This document shows positions 48,242 through 57,700 of a stretch of DNA of 64,000 bases, in pieces. The notes under the pieces are model-generated. The model saw only the letters and a program-made list of their open reading frames with translations, did not search any database and had not been told where the DNA came from. The stretch is from Methanobacteriota archaeon. GTDB taxonomy: Archaea > Thermoplasmatota > Poseidoniia > Poseidoniales > Poseidoniaceae. The DNA is taken from assembly GCA_018650165.1 (NCBI GenBank), contig JABIGM010000035.1:7542-71541 (forward strand). The letters run 5' to 3'. Position 1 is the first letter of the stretch; each line of letters begins with the position of its first letter. Both the position numbers and the translations under genes were made by a program.

Positions 48242-48805
48242 TCACTTCTTTACTTCTTTTTGTTTTAATCCTGCTAGAATTTTTGCTCGTGCACCATAAA
48301 ATCCACGACAACTCGACAACATCTGGGTTGTTTGCATGATTAGTTGCTTGGGGTCACCTTCAGATGTTGCGATTGAATGTTCTGAACTATTTGCCAAATT
48401 TATCGCCTTAGTCACCATTTCAATTACTTCATGGTCGTGCTTTATTAACTTCTTCAAGTCCTTATTTGATGGAGACCTTTGACCTGATAGAAAAGCATGC
48501 TCCATACCAGATGCTGATTTGGCAATATCTTCTATTAAGTAATCACATTCTTCCATGCACTGCTTTGCAGCTCGTGCCAATTCGAAATTTTCTTCTTTGA
48601 ACTGGAGGTCAAAAATATTCTGCACATGACTACGAACTCTAGTTCCTGCACGTGTAATTTCTTCACGGATTATTTTATCATTTTCGAATCGGGAACCTTT
48701 GGTATATCCATTATATCCCGTTAGAACGAGTTGTACGCCACGAATGTAAGGTAAAACATCAAGTGGAGTCCCAATCATAGTTGTCCCTGATACTATTAGG
48801 TTCAC
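48242..48805 (-). CDS. Hypothetical helical protein, coupled to the SPFH gene
   Basis: 187-aa ORF ending 4 nt before the SPFH start. No recognised motif. Confidence 0.45.
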   Translation of the reverse strand: MNLIVSGTTMIGTPLDVLPYIRGVQLVLTGYNGYTKGSRFENDKIIREEITRAGTRVRSHVQNIFDLQFKEENFELARAAKQCMEECDYLIEDIAKSASGMEHAFLSGQRSPSNKDLKKLIKHDHEVIEMVTKAINLANSSEHSIATSEGDPKQLIMQTTQMLSSCRGFYGARAKILAGLKQKEVKK

Positions 48806-48867
48806 ACTACCATATGATGCTAACGCATAAATCGTACAATTATTACAAAATTAGAGCATCAAGAGTC

Positions 48868-50325
48868 CTAATTTGAGTGAGAACGTTTCAGGTATTCCGA
48901 GCCAATAATCGTCACTATGCCCGAACCGATTAGTGCAGATAAGAAAACTCCGAGATTGGCCAGTCCAAATTCATTGGTTGGTGAAATTATGAGTCCTATG
49001 CCCGTCGTAATAGAATCACTAGTGATGAGGCCATAAATGACTACAGAAAGCAATCCGAAGACCGCTCCAGCCAGTGATGCTCTCGAGTCAATCCGCTCCC
49101 ATAGAGTTAGTAATACTGGCAGGACTGTAGCCGCAGCAAGCAAATCTGCAAACAGGAAAATTCCAAATACACTTGCGGCATTGAACGTGAATCCCAAAAT
49201 CGTAGGTCCAGTTGCTAAGAATATAGCTAGGGGTATCATTGCAATAGTCGTAATTCGAGCCTGTTTCAAATTCATTTTGCCATCGGAAAGGTCTCTGGTG
49301 ACCGATGCGGAAATTGCATTTTGCAGCGTATCAACACTAGAACAAACCAGCGCGATTCCAAGTACAATAAACCCTGCAATAACTAGTTCGTGTACATCAC
49401 CCAATAGTACGAAGAATGCTGCTGAAGGGTCGGAAATTGTGCCCTTGGCTGCAGCAACAGTACCCAAGACTCCCATGATGAAGACTAATGGCAATGCTAA
49501 GCTAGCCGCAAGTATGGCACCTTTCTTGAGAGCTGCTTCATCCTCAGAAGCCCATGCTCTCTGCCAGTTACCTTGGGAAAACATTTCAGCAGCAGTAATG
49601 GCAACGACAAGTGCTAACCCCGAACTGAATGAATCCATGTATGACATGCTTCCAATACTCCAATTTTCATCACCCTCGGGGTTGTACGCTTTTGCATCAG
49701 AAAACAGTGAACTTAGGTCCCCTGCAAACAGAATGAGTAGGAGCGTAACGATGAGCCATAGCACTACCCACGCCTGAATTCGATCAGTTCTAAGCGACGC
49801 GGGCAGCCCACCGTATGCGGTATATGCTGCTGTGACCATACCCACAGCCAGCATAGGAATGAGTGGGTCCATATCAGAAAGAACATTCATCGCCTTGCCA
49901 ATTGCCGTAAACTCTGCAAACAGGAACGTAAACATGTATGTCACTGAAATGATGCCAACATAGATTTGCATAGGTCTGCCAATTCGCATTCTTACGTAAT
50001 CGGCAAGCGTCACACCATCTGGCAATTTTCGACGAATCATCGGACCAACATACGCAAGCAGTATGAAAGGAGTGGCTGCTGATACTGCGTACCCAACAAC
50101 ATCCCAGAATCCACCCCAATATCCTACTTCCGAAGGTCCAAACAGAATCCAAATACCCATTCCCGAAGCGAAGAGGCTAAGACCAATTCCCTGCCAATTC
50201 TGCGTACCTCTTGCAGATAGATATTCATCGGTATCAATTTCCTTTTTTGCCGCTGCGAGATACCCAGTATACCCGAAGAAACCAAGAGTTACACACATTA
50301 ATCCATATGCAAGGTAAATATCCAT
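48868..50325 (-). CDS. Sodium:solute symporter (SSS) family transporter, candidate ThiV-like
   Basis: 485 aa with about 13 TM helices and SSS-like N-terminal topology (YLSARGTQNWQGIGLSLFASGMG). The start lies 9 nt after the stop of the ThiR-like gene. Confidence 0.7.
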   Translation of the reverse strand: MDIYLAYGLMCVTLGFFGYTGYLAAAKKEIDTDEYLSARGTQNWQGIGLSLFASGMGIWILFGPSEVGYWGGFWDVVGYAVSAATPFILLAYVGPMIRRKLPDGVTLADYVRMRIGRPMQIYVGIISVTYMFTFLFAEFTAIGKAMNVLSDMDPLIPMLAVGMVTAAYTAYGGLPASLRTDRIQAWVVLWLIVTLLLILFAGDLSSLFSDAKAYNPEGDENWSIGSMSYMDSFSSGLALVVAITAAEMFSQGNWQRAWASEDEAALKKGAILAASLALPLVFIMGVLGTVAAAKGTISDPSAAFFVLLGDVHELVIAGFIVLGIALVCSSVDTLQNAISASVTRDLSDGKMNLKQARITTIAMIPLAIFLATGPTILGFTFNAASVFGIFLFADLLAAATVLPVLLTLWERIDSRASLAGAVFGLLSVVIYGLITSDSITTGIGLIISPTNEFGLANLGVFLSALIGSGIVTIIGSEYLKRSHSN

Positions 50326-50334
50326 CTGTCTCCC

Positions 50335-51171
50335 TCAATTTAGAAGTGAAATAATTCTGTGCATTCGGTCGACTAACTCCAGCGGATTGTGTGCAAGGAT
50401 GTACAATGCAGGCTCCCAGCCAAAAGCACCCTCGTCAAGAATTATATCGATTCCTTGGTGCGGAACTAATTCCCCCTTAGGGGCGAATGTAAGGTTTAGA
50501 TCGAGCCCTTCACATATCGTCTCAATTTTATCCTTATCATCACCGGGATGAATATTCAATATTGCAGTTTTTGCATTATCGTGGACTCTAGCATCAAGCA
50601 GCATATTTGCTAGATGGTGCGATGCGCCAAATGCAGGGGTCTCGTGATGCCTCAGTTTATTTTCAACAATCGTAACTTTGCCAGGGAATGCAGCTACCTC
50701 TGCAGTAGATCTCGATGATTCCAAACAGCAAGCAATATTCATTCCAACGGCTGGCATTTGTTTGCGCAATCGATTCACATCGATTCGTGATACCGCCCAT
50801 TCCAATCGCTTTAGTAATGCGGTTTGTTCTTGGTCGGAGTCGAGATCTGTTCCCGTCAATGATTTGTCAAACCGCAGTACTTGGCCCGGCGCAAATGCGA
50901 TTTCCATAACAAAACGCGTCCGACTTGGTTTTGCTTTTGGGCCAAGTTGACGAAGGGCCATTGATATTTCATGGGCCCATCCATCTATTGTTGATTCGTC
51001 AGACGTTCCTGCCAATGCGGGAAAGTCTCGATGTGCCATTCTTGAGATAGTCGATTGGGTAGAGCCAAGTATATTGGCTATTTCAGCCTGCGACCAATCT
51101 GCTGCTCGCAAGTTTCTGGCAAGTTGCATATGTAATCGCTCTAGCCATGTGGCGCCATCTACTCCTAGCAT
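50335..51171 (-). CDS. Transcriptional regulator with N-terminal HTH and C-terminal ThiN-like domain (ThiR-like)
   Basis: HTH WSQAEIANILGSTQSTISR. ThiN-like block MPAVGMNIACC...EVAAFPGKV...PAFGASHHLANMLLDA...AILNI and DEGAFGWEPALYILA. Confidence 0.65.
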   Translation of the reverse strand: MLGVDGATWLERLHMQLARNLRAADWSQAEIANILGSTQSTISRMAHRDFPALAGTSDESTIDGWAHEISMALRQLGPKAKPSRTRFVMEIAFAPGQVLRFDKSLTGTDLDSDQEQTALLKRLEWAVSRIDVNRLRKQMPAVGMNIACCLESSRSTAEVAAFPGKVTIVENKLRHHETPAFGASHHLANMLLDARVHDNAKTAILNIHPGDDKDKIETICEGLDLNLTFAPKGELVPHQGIDIILDEGAFGWEPALYILAHNPLELVDRMHRIISLLN

Positions 51172-51215
51172 GTTTGCTGCTGCACTAACTTGCTATTCAA
51201 TGTTACTAGCGTAAA

Positions 51216-51228
51216 ATGCATAATGCAT
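51216..51228. promoter_or_regulatory. Palindrome ATGCATAATGCAT between a TATA-like element and the ThiR-like gene start (candidate operator)
   Basis: Read directly. It lies 45-57 nt upstream of the ATG at 51171 and downstream of TTAAAAGAAT (minus-strand reading of 51232-51241). A related TGCAT-N8-ATGCA repeat is at 51445-51462. Confidence 0.35.
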
Positions 51229-51875
51229 GCGATTCTTTTAAGCACCAGTTTATTCTGACAATCCTCCGATTTCATATTTAGTTATTTAATGGCTACCAGT
51301 CTCTTGTTTAACTTCAGATTTAGAGGATGTGTGGGATGTTCAAAAAATATGAATTTTCTGCCCGTAGATTTACGCAGTAATCGACATTACAAATATTCTA
51401 ACATCAGGACGAATATAGGTGACATAATACCTGCTTACCCGATATGCATTAGCAATTATGCACTTCCACAAAACAGATTACTCCGCTACAGTAATATGTC
51501 CTTTCCCCAAATATGATACCATTTTACGCCATTATAAATCAGTTGGTTTCTCATATTTATTTCCACCTCCAATCTCGTATTTTTTACCCAAATATTTCGA
51601 ATAATTCAGACGAATATTCGAAATTCCACACAATTAGAGGTTCTGAGGTGATAATTACATTAATTCTGCTTGTAACATCGTATTGATAATGGTAAATTAC
51701 CGTAAAATTCTTTACATTCTAATTTACTTGTACATCTGCCTGAGCCACAGGGTTCTAAACCCGCCTACGCTGGCATTGAATTGGAGGGGTAACTGTCGAC
51801 ACCGAGGAATTCTTAAACGCGGTTCTAGTAAGAATCAAATCTCATCTCGAAGCAAATGGCACTATTGTAGATTCT

Positions 51876-53201
51876 GTGCCGCAATCTAGTCTGCGGAAAA
51901 CCGCAGATCTTAATCTTCCATTAGAAGGAATGGGAGTTGATACTGTACTGGCAGATATCGATGAATATATGCGCTATAGTGTTCATACAAATAATCCTGG
52001 TTTCATGAATCCATTATGGGGCGGGATGAATGTTTCAGCTTTGGCGGGTGAAATTATTGCCAGCCTCACTAACAATTCAATGTACACCTATGAGTTATCG
52101 CCTATGGCGACACTAATCGAACAGGCCTTAATCAGAAGGATGTGTGAAATTGTAGGTTTTGGTGACGGCAATGGGACCCTCACTACAGGTGGTTCTAATG
52201 GCAACATGATTGGAATGATGTGTGCCCGATACCAGGTTGACCCCCTGGGTCAAAGACGTGGTTTCGATGGTCAAAATTTAGTATGCTATGTATCTGAAGA
52301 ATCTCATTACTCTGTTTTGATGGCAGCAAATGTATTGGGAATTGGTTTTGATAATGTAATCAAAGTACCTTGCGACCAAGATGGTCGAATGCGTACCGAC
52401 AAATTGAGCGAAGAAATCGCTCGAACACGCAATGACGGCAAAACCCCATTCTGTGTTGTTGCAACTGCAGGAACTACCGTTCGAGGGGCATTCGACCCGA
52501 TTAAAGAAATCGCAGGCGTTTGCTCTGACAACAATATTTGGTTCCACGTTGATGCCGCCTGGGGTGGTTCTTGCATGTTCAGTACAAAGTATCGTAACTT
52601 GATGGATGGTGTAGAACTTGCAGATTCACTGTGTTGGGATGCACACAAAATGATGGGTGTGCCTTTGGTATGTTCAGCATTCTTGATCAAGAGGCCAGAG
52701 ATATTACGAAAAATTTGTTCGCATGGTGATGTGGCGCATTACTTGTTCCACGGCGAGACCGAGGACATTGACTTAGGTCGAATTAGTTTGCAATGTGGCA
52801 GGCGAAATGATGCACTGAAATTATTTTTGGCATGGAGAGAAAAAGGTGATGCTGGTTGGGCACGATTGGTTGAATCGTATGTTGGTTTAGCTGACTTTTT
52901 GCAAGCGTTGGTAGAGGGTGAGGAAAAATTGGAAATGGTTTCTTCTCGTTCTTGGTCTAATGTCTGTATCCGATACACTTCTGAAGGAATTGACCACGAT
53001 GCAGTCAATACAGAACTTAGAGACCGCCTCATCCGTGCTGGCCGTTTTATGGTTTCTAGTTCTGTAGTCGATGAGAAAAAAATACTTCGGCCCGTCATTG
53101 CAAATCCTGCAGTTACCCGGGAAGGTATAACCCAATTTGTTGCTGAAATAATTCAGATTGGTGACGACATATTGCGCGGATTACCTGCGTCATCTAATTA
53201 G
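51876..53201 (+). CDS. Group II pyridoxal-dependent decarboxylase (GAD/CSAD/DABA-decarboxylase-like)
   Basis: WDAHKMMGVPLVCSAFLIKR closely resembles the NPHKMMGVPLQCSA PLP-lysine block of GAD65/CSAD-type enzymes. TTGGSNGNM and HVDAAWGG are also present. GTG start at 51876, but the frame stays open back to 51780. Confidence 0.85.
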   Translation: MPQSSLRKTADLNLPLEGMGVDTVLADIDEYMRYSVHTNNPGFMNPLWGGMNVSALAGEIIASLTNNSMYTYELSPMATLIEQALIRRMCEIVGFGDGNGTLTTGGSNGNMIGMMCARYQVDPLGQRRGFDGQNLVCYVSEESHYSVLMAANVLGIGFDNVIKVPCDQDGRMRTDKLSEEIARTRNDGKTPFCVVATAGTTVRGAFDPIKEIAGVCSDNNIWFHVDAAWGGSCMFSTKYRNLMDGVELADSLCWDAHKMMGVPLVCSAFLIKRPEILRKICSHGDVAHYLFHGETEDIDLGRISLQCGRRNDALKLFLAWREKGDAGWARLVESYVGLADFLQALVEGEEKLEMVSSRSWSNVCIRYTSEGIDHDAVNTELRDRLIRAGRFMVSSSVVDEKKILRPVIANPAVTREGITQFVAEIIQIGDDILRGLPASSN

Positions 53202-53269
53202 GCTGAATACTACATTCTGCAGCCCTAATCTATGAAAAGTAGTAAAAGTCTGGCCGTCTGCCTTTAATT

Positions 53270-53521
53270 GTGGATTTTGCTTACTACTCGATTTCAGTGA
53301 TTTGTGCCTTTGCTCTCGTGAGATGGGCTACTGAGAATATTAAGTTTCATATTCGCAACAATGTAATGTGGTTACACCATTGGATTATTGCTTTCATCAC
53401 AATGGGCTTACTGCTGTGGCAAAAAATCGATTCACCTTGGATATGGGGTATATTGACAGGAATTGCTTTAGAAGGTCTTGGTAGAAAAAATTGGTCAATA
53501 ATGCGCGATTCTAAAAAATAA
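53270..53521 (+). CDS. Small hypothetical membrane protein (83 aa)
   Basis: GTG-initiated ORF with three hydrophobic segments. Confidence 0.35.
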   Translation: MDFAYYSISVICAFALVRWATENIKFHIRNNVMWLHHWIIAFITMGLLLWQKIDSPWIWGILTGIALEGLGRKNWSIMRDSKK

Positions 53522-53549
53522 AAAACACACTTTTTACAGTGATGATTTA

Positions 53550-54683
53550 ATGCTGAGTGCGCCACCAAGTCGCATGAGTGATGCAAAGCCCGCCCGAACA
53601 GCTCTCTTTGATGAACATGTTTCGCTTGGTGCAAACATAGTCGATTTCCATGGTTTTGAACTCCCCATTTGGTATTCAAATATCACAGAAGAGCACCTCG
53701 CATGCCGTTCAAACGCTGGACTATTCGATGTGTCACACATGGGCTCATTCCGTTTTACGGGAGCTAATGTGCTTGGGTGGCTAGAATCTATTGCTACGCA
53801 GAAATGTACTGCAATAGCCCCTGGGCGTTGTGCCTATACACATTTCTTGGACCATGATGGTTTCTTGATTGATGACATGATATTTGCAGTTGTTTCGGAA
53901 ACAGAGGTTTTGGGTGTGCCAAATGCAAGTATGATACCGGTCATGTGGAAATGGTTCACTGGACTATTGCCTAGTGACGGTTCAGTCACTTTGGAAGATC
54001 TATCTCCTGAAACTAGTATTATTGCTTTACAAGGACCAAATGCAAAATCAATTTGCGAATCTGTACTGGGTGCTGACAATCACGTTGGCCGCTTCAAATG
54101 GTCGTTGATTGGAGAAAATGAGTTGGGTATTAGTGGATGGATTCAAGGAACCGGATATACCGGCGAATCCGGTTATGAGATATTTGTTCCCAATGGCGAT
54201 GCCGCTTCACTTTGGCGTGCGTTAATCGCGGCTGGCTCTACACCTGTTGGACTTGGTGCCAGAGATACGCTACGACTAGAGAAAGGTTATCTCTTATCGG
54301 GTGTCGATTTTGCATCACGGGATTTAGATGAAAATACAACATTGCACCGTGATTCGTGGGAAACTAATGTTCCATTTGGCCTTGACACCGAGCACGAGTT
54401 TATTGGTCGTATCCGAGTTATGTCACATGCTGAGTCCGATGCAAAGTGGTGGGGAGTGAAGCAATTAGAACGTGGTCCACTTCCTCGTGGTGGTAAAGAA
54501 GTAGAAGACTTGGATGGTAACTACATCGGTATTCTCACAAGTGGCGCTCCAGCTCCATCGCTCGATAGAGCAGGTATTGGAATGGGGTATATCGCAGGAG
54601 TAGAGCCCGGTTCTGAGGTGCTGATTGTTGCATCATCCCGCAAAAAAATACGTGCAATAATTGTTCGTCCACCATTTGTATGA
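53550..54683 (+). CDS. gcvT: Glycine cleavage system aminomethyltransferase GcvT
   Basis: TALFDEH...GANIVDFHGFELPIWY, AGLFDVSHMG, GYTGESGYEIF and ARDTLRLE motifs. An alternative start is at 53574. Confidence 0.9.
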   Translation: MLSAPPSRMSDAKPARTALFDEHVSLGANIVDFHGFELPIWYSNITEEHLACRSNAGLFDVSHMGSFRFTGANVLGWLESIATQKCTAIAPGRCAYTHFLDHDGFLIDDMIFAVVSETEVLGVPNASMIPVMWKWFTGLLPSDGSVTLEDLSPETSIIALQGPNAKSICESVLGADNHVGRFKWSLIGENELGISGWIQGTGYTGESGYEIFVPNGDAASLWRALIAAGSTPVGLGARDTLRLEKGYLLSGVDFASRDLDENTTLHRDSWETNVPFGLDTEHEFIGRIRVMSHAESDAKWWGVKQLERGPLPRGGKEVEDLDGNYIGILTSGAPAPSLDRAGIGMGYIAGVEPGSEVLIVASSRKKIRAIIVRPPFV

Positions 54684-54684
54684 T

Positions 54685-54703
54685 AACGCCCCATAGGGGC
54701 GTT
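54685..54703 (+). terminator. Perfect 8-bp stem hairpin AACGCCCC-ATA-GGGGCGTT right after the gcvT stop
   Basis: Read directly. Begins 2 nt after the TGA at 54681-54683 and is followed by GCTTTG. Confidence 0.55.
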
Positions 54704-54735
54704 GCTTTGATGAGGGATAAGATGTACGCAACATC

Positions 54736-57700
54736 ATGCGCCGTACACTTGCTACTGCAATTCTGATTTCCGTCCTCCTATCCGTGGTTCCAGCCATGTC
54801 GCATACAGGTTCAGTTGTTGAAGTGTATGAGGAAATAATCATTGACGACAAAATTATTGATGATTCACAACTGACATTAGCACAAATAGAAGCCTTAAAC
54901 TCAGTGGGAATGGGTAGGTCCACAAATACAAACTGGTCTGCAGCAGGCGGTTCTCTTCAGGATGATGAAATCTATGAAATGATTTTTGATTCTCAAGGTG
55001 ACCTAATTGTGTGTGGAACAATTTACCAAGCATCACAGTTCGGTTCAATACAGGTTGAAACTGAAGGCGAAGGAGATATTCTCCTTGCTAAACTTACCAA
55101 AACAGGGAGTTGGGAATGGGCAGTTTCTGCTGGTACCGCACTGTATTACGACGAATGTCGAGGGGTAACAATTGATTCAAATGATAACGTCTATGGAACT
55201 GGTTATTTCCAAGGTTCAGTTAATTTTGGTAACACCACAGTTACGACTACAGGTTTCGATGGATGGCTTGCAAGAGTAAACAGTACTGGAGAATTTGATT
55301 GGGCTATTAAATTCGGTGGATTTGATGTTGATGTGGGATGGGATCTAGCCGCAGATGCTAATGACAACCTCTACGTCACGGGCTACTACCAGAATTTCAC
55401 AGAATTCGATGCGACACAATTGTTTGCTCAAGGACAATCTGACAACGCGAGATTCTTCGTAGCATATTACAACACCAGCTCTTCACAATGGGACTGGGCT
55501 AAGGATACATCCGGGAATGGAAATTCAATTCCATACCAGATTGTTGTAGAACCTTCAACCAATGCAGCATATATCGCAGGATACAGCACAGGAACAGAGC
55601 AATGGGACAGCACATTTTCTTCTAGCCCACAATCTACATACGCAGGTTTTGTTGTAAAATATTCAGACTCTGGCAACTTCATATGGGGACAAAACACTGG
55701 TGGTAACCAATGCTTCGGTGGTAATTGTGGAGTCTATTTCAATAATATTGTACTTCACCCAGATGGTGGGGTTGTAGTTGGAGGAAATTTCCTTCAAACA
55801 TACAAAAAGCAAGGCGGCACAATCGTTAGTGGACAGGGCAGTTGGGATGTATTGCTCCTAAGGTATGCTGAGAATGGATCTCAAATCTGGGACTACCATG
55901 CCGGTGGCGCTGATGACGATCGCCTTCAAGCACTGTCAGTTAATCCCAAAGGGCAAGTCCAGTTTGGTGGACGGCACTTAGATGACATGAAGTTTGGAAC
56001 CACCACTCTACTGAAGAATACTAGTTTCTACAAGTATGATGGTTTTATTGCTCAAGTGGACAATGATTCAGATTTCCAATGGGGAATGAGCATTGGAGGT
56101 GCAGATAATGACACAGTAGGTGCATTACTTGCAATGAATGATGGCACTCTAATTGCAGGCGGGGATTTCAGTGGAACCGTTTGGTTTGGCGATACTCCTC
56201 GGACTGCTACTGACCAGGATGTATTCGTTTGGATGTTCCAGCATGACAAAGACGATGATGGGGTCACCGATTATACAGATAATTGTTTGAATACAGCAAA
56301 TTCCAATCAAAGTAATTTTGATGAAGATTTGAAGGGGGATGCTTGTGATACTGATGATGACAACGATGGGTTACATGATGCCCTAGATGATTGTCAATAC
56401 GGATTTTTAGATTGGAATCAATCTAACACCTCATTGGATTATGATGCCGATGGATGCAAAGATATCGAGGAAGACGATGATGATGACAACGATGGAATCC
56501 TTGATAGTGCTGATAATTGTATTACTGGAGTTCTTGATTGGACTGTTAATTCAACTAGCGACTTAGATGGTGATGGTTGTAGAGACGTGGATGAGGATTC
56601 TGATGATGACGGAGATTCAGTTCTCGATATTGAGGACAATTGCCACTACACTTCAAATCCACTTCAAGAGGACTACGAATCAGATGGGATTGGTGATATT
56701 TGTGATGGTGATGATGACGGTGACGGTATTGATGATACTGTTGATGATTGTGCCCAGGGATCGCTAAACTGGACTTCTGCAAGTCAAACCGATAAAGATA
56801 GTGATGGCTGCGAAGATGAAGGTTCAAATGAAGATCTTGATGATGATAACGATGGTATTTTCGATGTAGACGATTCTTGCCCGCGGGGTGAAACCGGTTG
56901 GAATTCTAGCCAATCAAACGACCGTGATGGCGATGGCTGTCGAAATGACAATGAAGATAATGACAATGATAATGACAGTGTAATCAACGAAGTCGACCTT
57001 TGTAAAAATGGTATAGCTCACTGGAGAAAGAATGCCTCAAATGATAATGATGCTGATGGTTGTATCGATGATAGAGAAGATAGTGATGATGATAACGATG
57101 GTTTCTCTGATTTGATTGATTTCTGCCCTCTGCAAGAAGGAACAGCGACACTCGGCGGAACAAAGGGCTGTCCAGATTTCGACTCAGATGGTTATGCTGA
57201 TACAGTCGATGCTTTCTTCCAAGATGAAACGCAATGGAATGATGGTGATGATGACGGCTATGGTGACAACCCTAGTGGCAATAATCCAGATGACTGTCCG
57301 TTCGTATGGGGCAACTCTAGCGCAGATAGAACTGGCTGTTTTGATGGCGATGGTGATGGTTACTCGAACCCAGAATTGTCTTGGAGTGTGACGCAAGGCG
57401 CAGATGCATTTGTCGATGAACCCAGTCAATGGTCGGATGCAGATAGTGACGGCTATGGCGATAACTTCGCAGGAGTGTTCGTAGATTATTGTACTAACGA
57501 CGAAGGAACTTCGACCATCGACAGATATGGTTGTCCAGATGTTGATGGCGATGGGTATTCAGATACTGATGCTTTCTGGGGATTCGATAAATGGGACTCC
57601 CTTGGATATGGTCCAGATATGTTCCCACTTGACGCAACTCAATGGTACGATACCGATAGTGATGGTTTTGGTGACAATTGGGGCGAATCAGCATGGAATG

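Noticed and set aside
49037-49777. 246-aa ORF antisense to the SSS transporter
   Set aside because: It is a shadow of a long, clearly membrane-protein-coding frame. Its Ala/Ser/Thr-rich low-complexity translation has no recognisable domain.
51289-51889. ORFs 51289..51516 (75 aa) and 51683..51889 (68 aa) inside the AT-rich spacer
   Set aside because: Their translations are rich in N/I/Y/F/R, as expected from AT-rich non-coding DNA. They have no motifs and no SD or promoter context. The second overlaps the decarboxylase frame.
51700-51900. A complete, functional TPP riboswitch around the 14-nt AAUGCCAGCGUAGG match
   Set aside because: On either strand I could not find the CUGG partner for P5. 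I also could not find the CUGAGA and GGGGUGC elements in the required order. The plus strand has CUGAG and ACCC, but the P4/P5 segment is then in reverse-complement orientation. It is kept only as a low-confidence relic or chance observation.
53522-53549. Glycine riboswitch upstream of gcvT (and of gcvPA at 58243-58463)
   Set aside because: Neither leader shows GGAGAG...CACCGAAGGGGCAA-type aptamer elements. The gcvT leader is only 28 nt.
54706-54770. Possible C/D-box sRNA (UGAUGA at 54707 and CUGA at 54766)
   Set aside because: There are no internal D' or C' boxes and no terminal stem. The candidate also spans the start codon and signal peptide of the surface-protein gene.
56251-57136. Periodic DNA repeats that might be mistaken for a CRISPR array or a mobile-element repeat
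   Set aside because: The periodicity is about 135-150 nt and the repeats are imperfect. They lie in one long open frame encoding Asp/Cys-rich TSP3-like modules, so they are coding repeats rather than repeat-spacer units.
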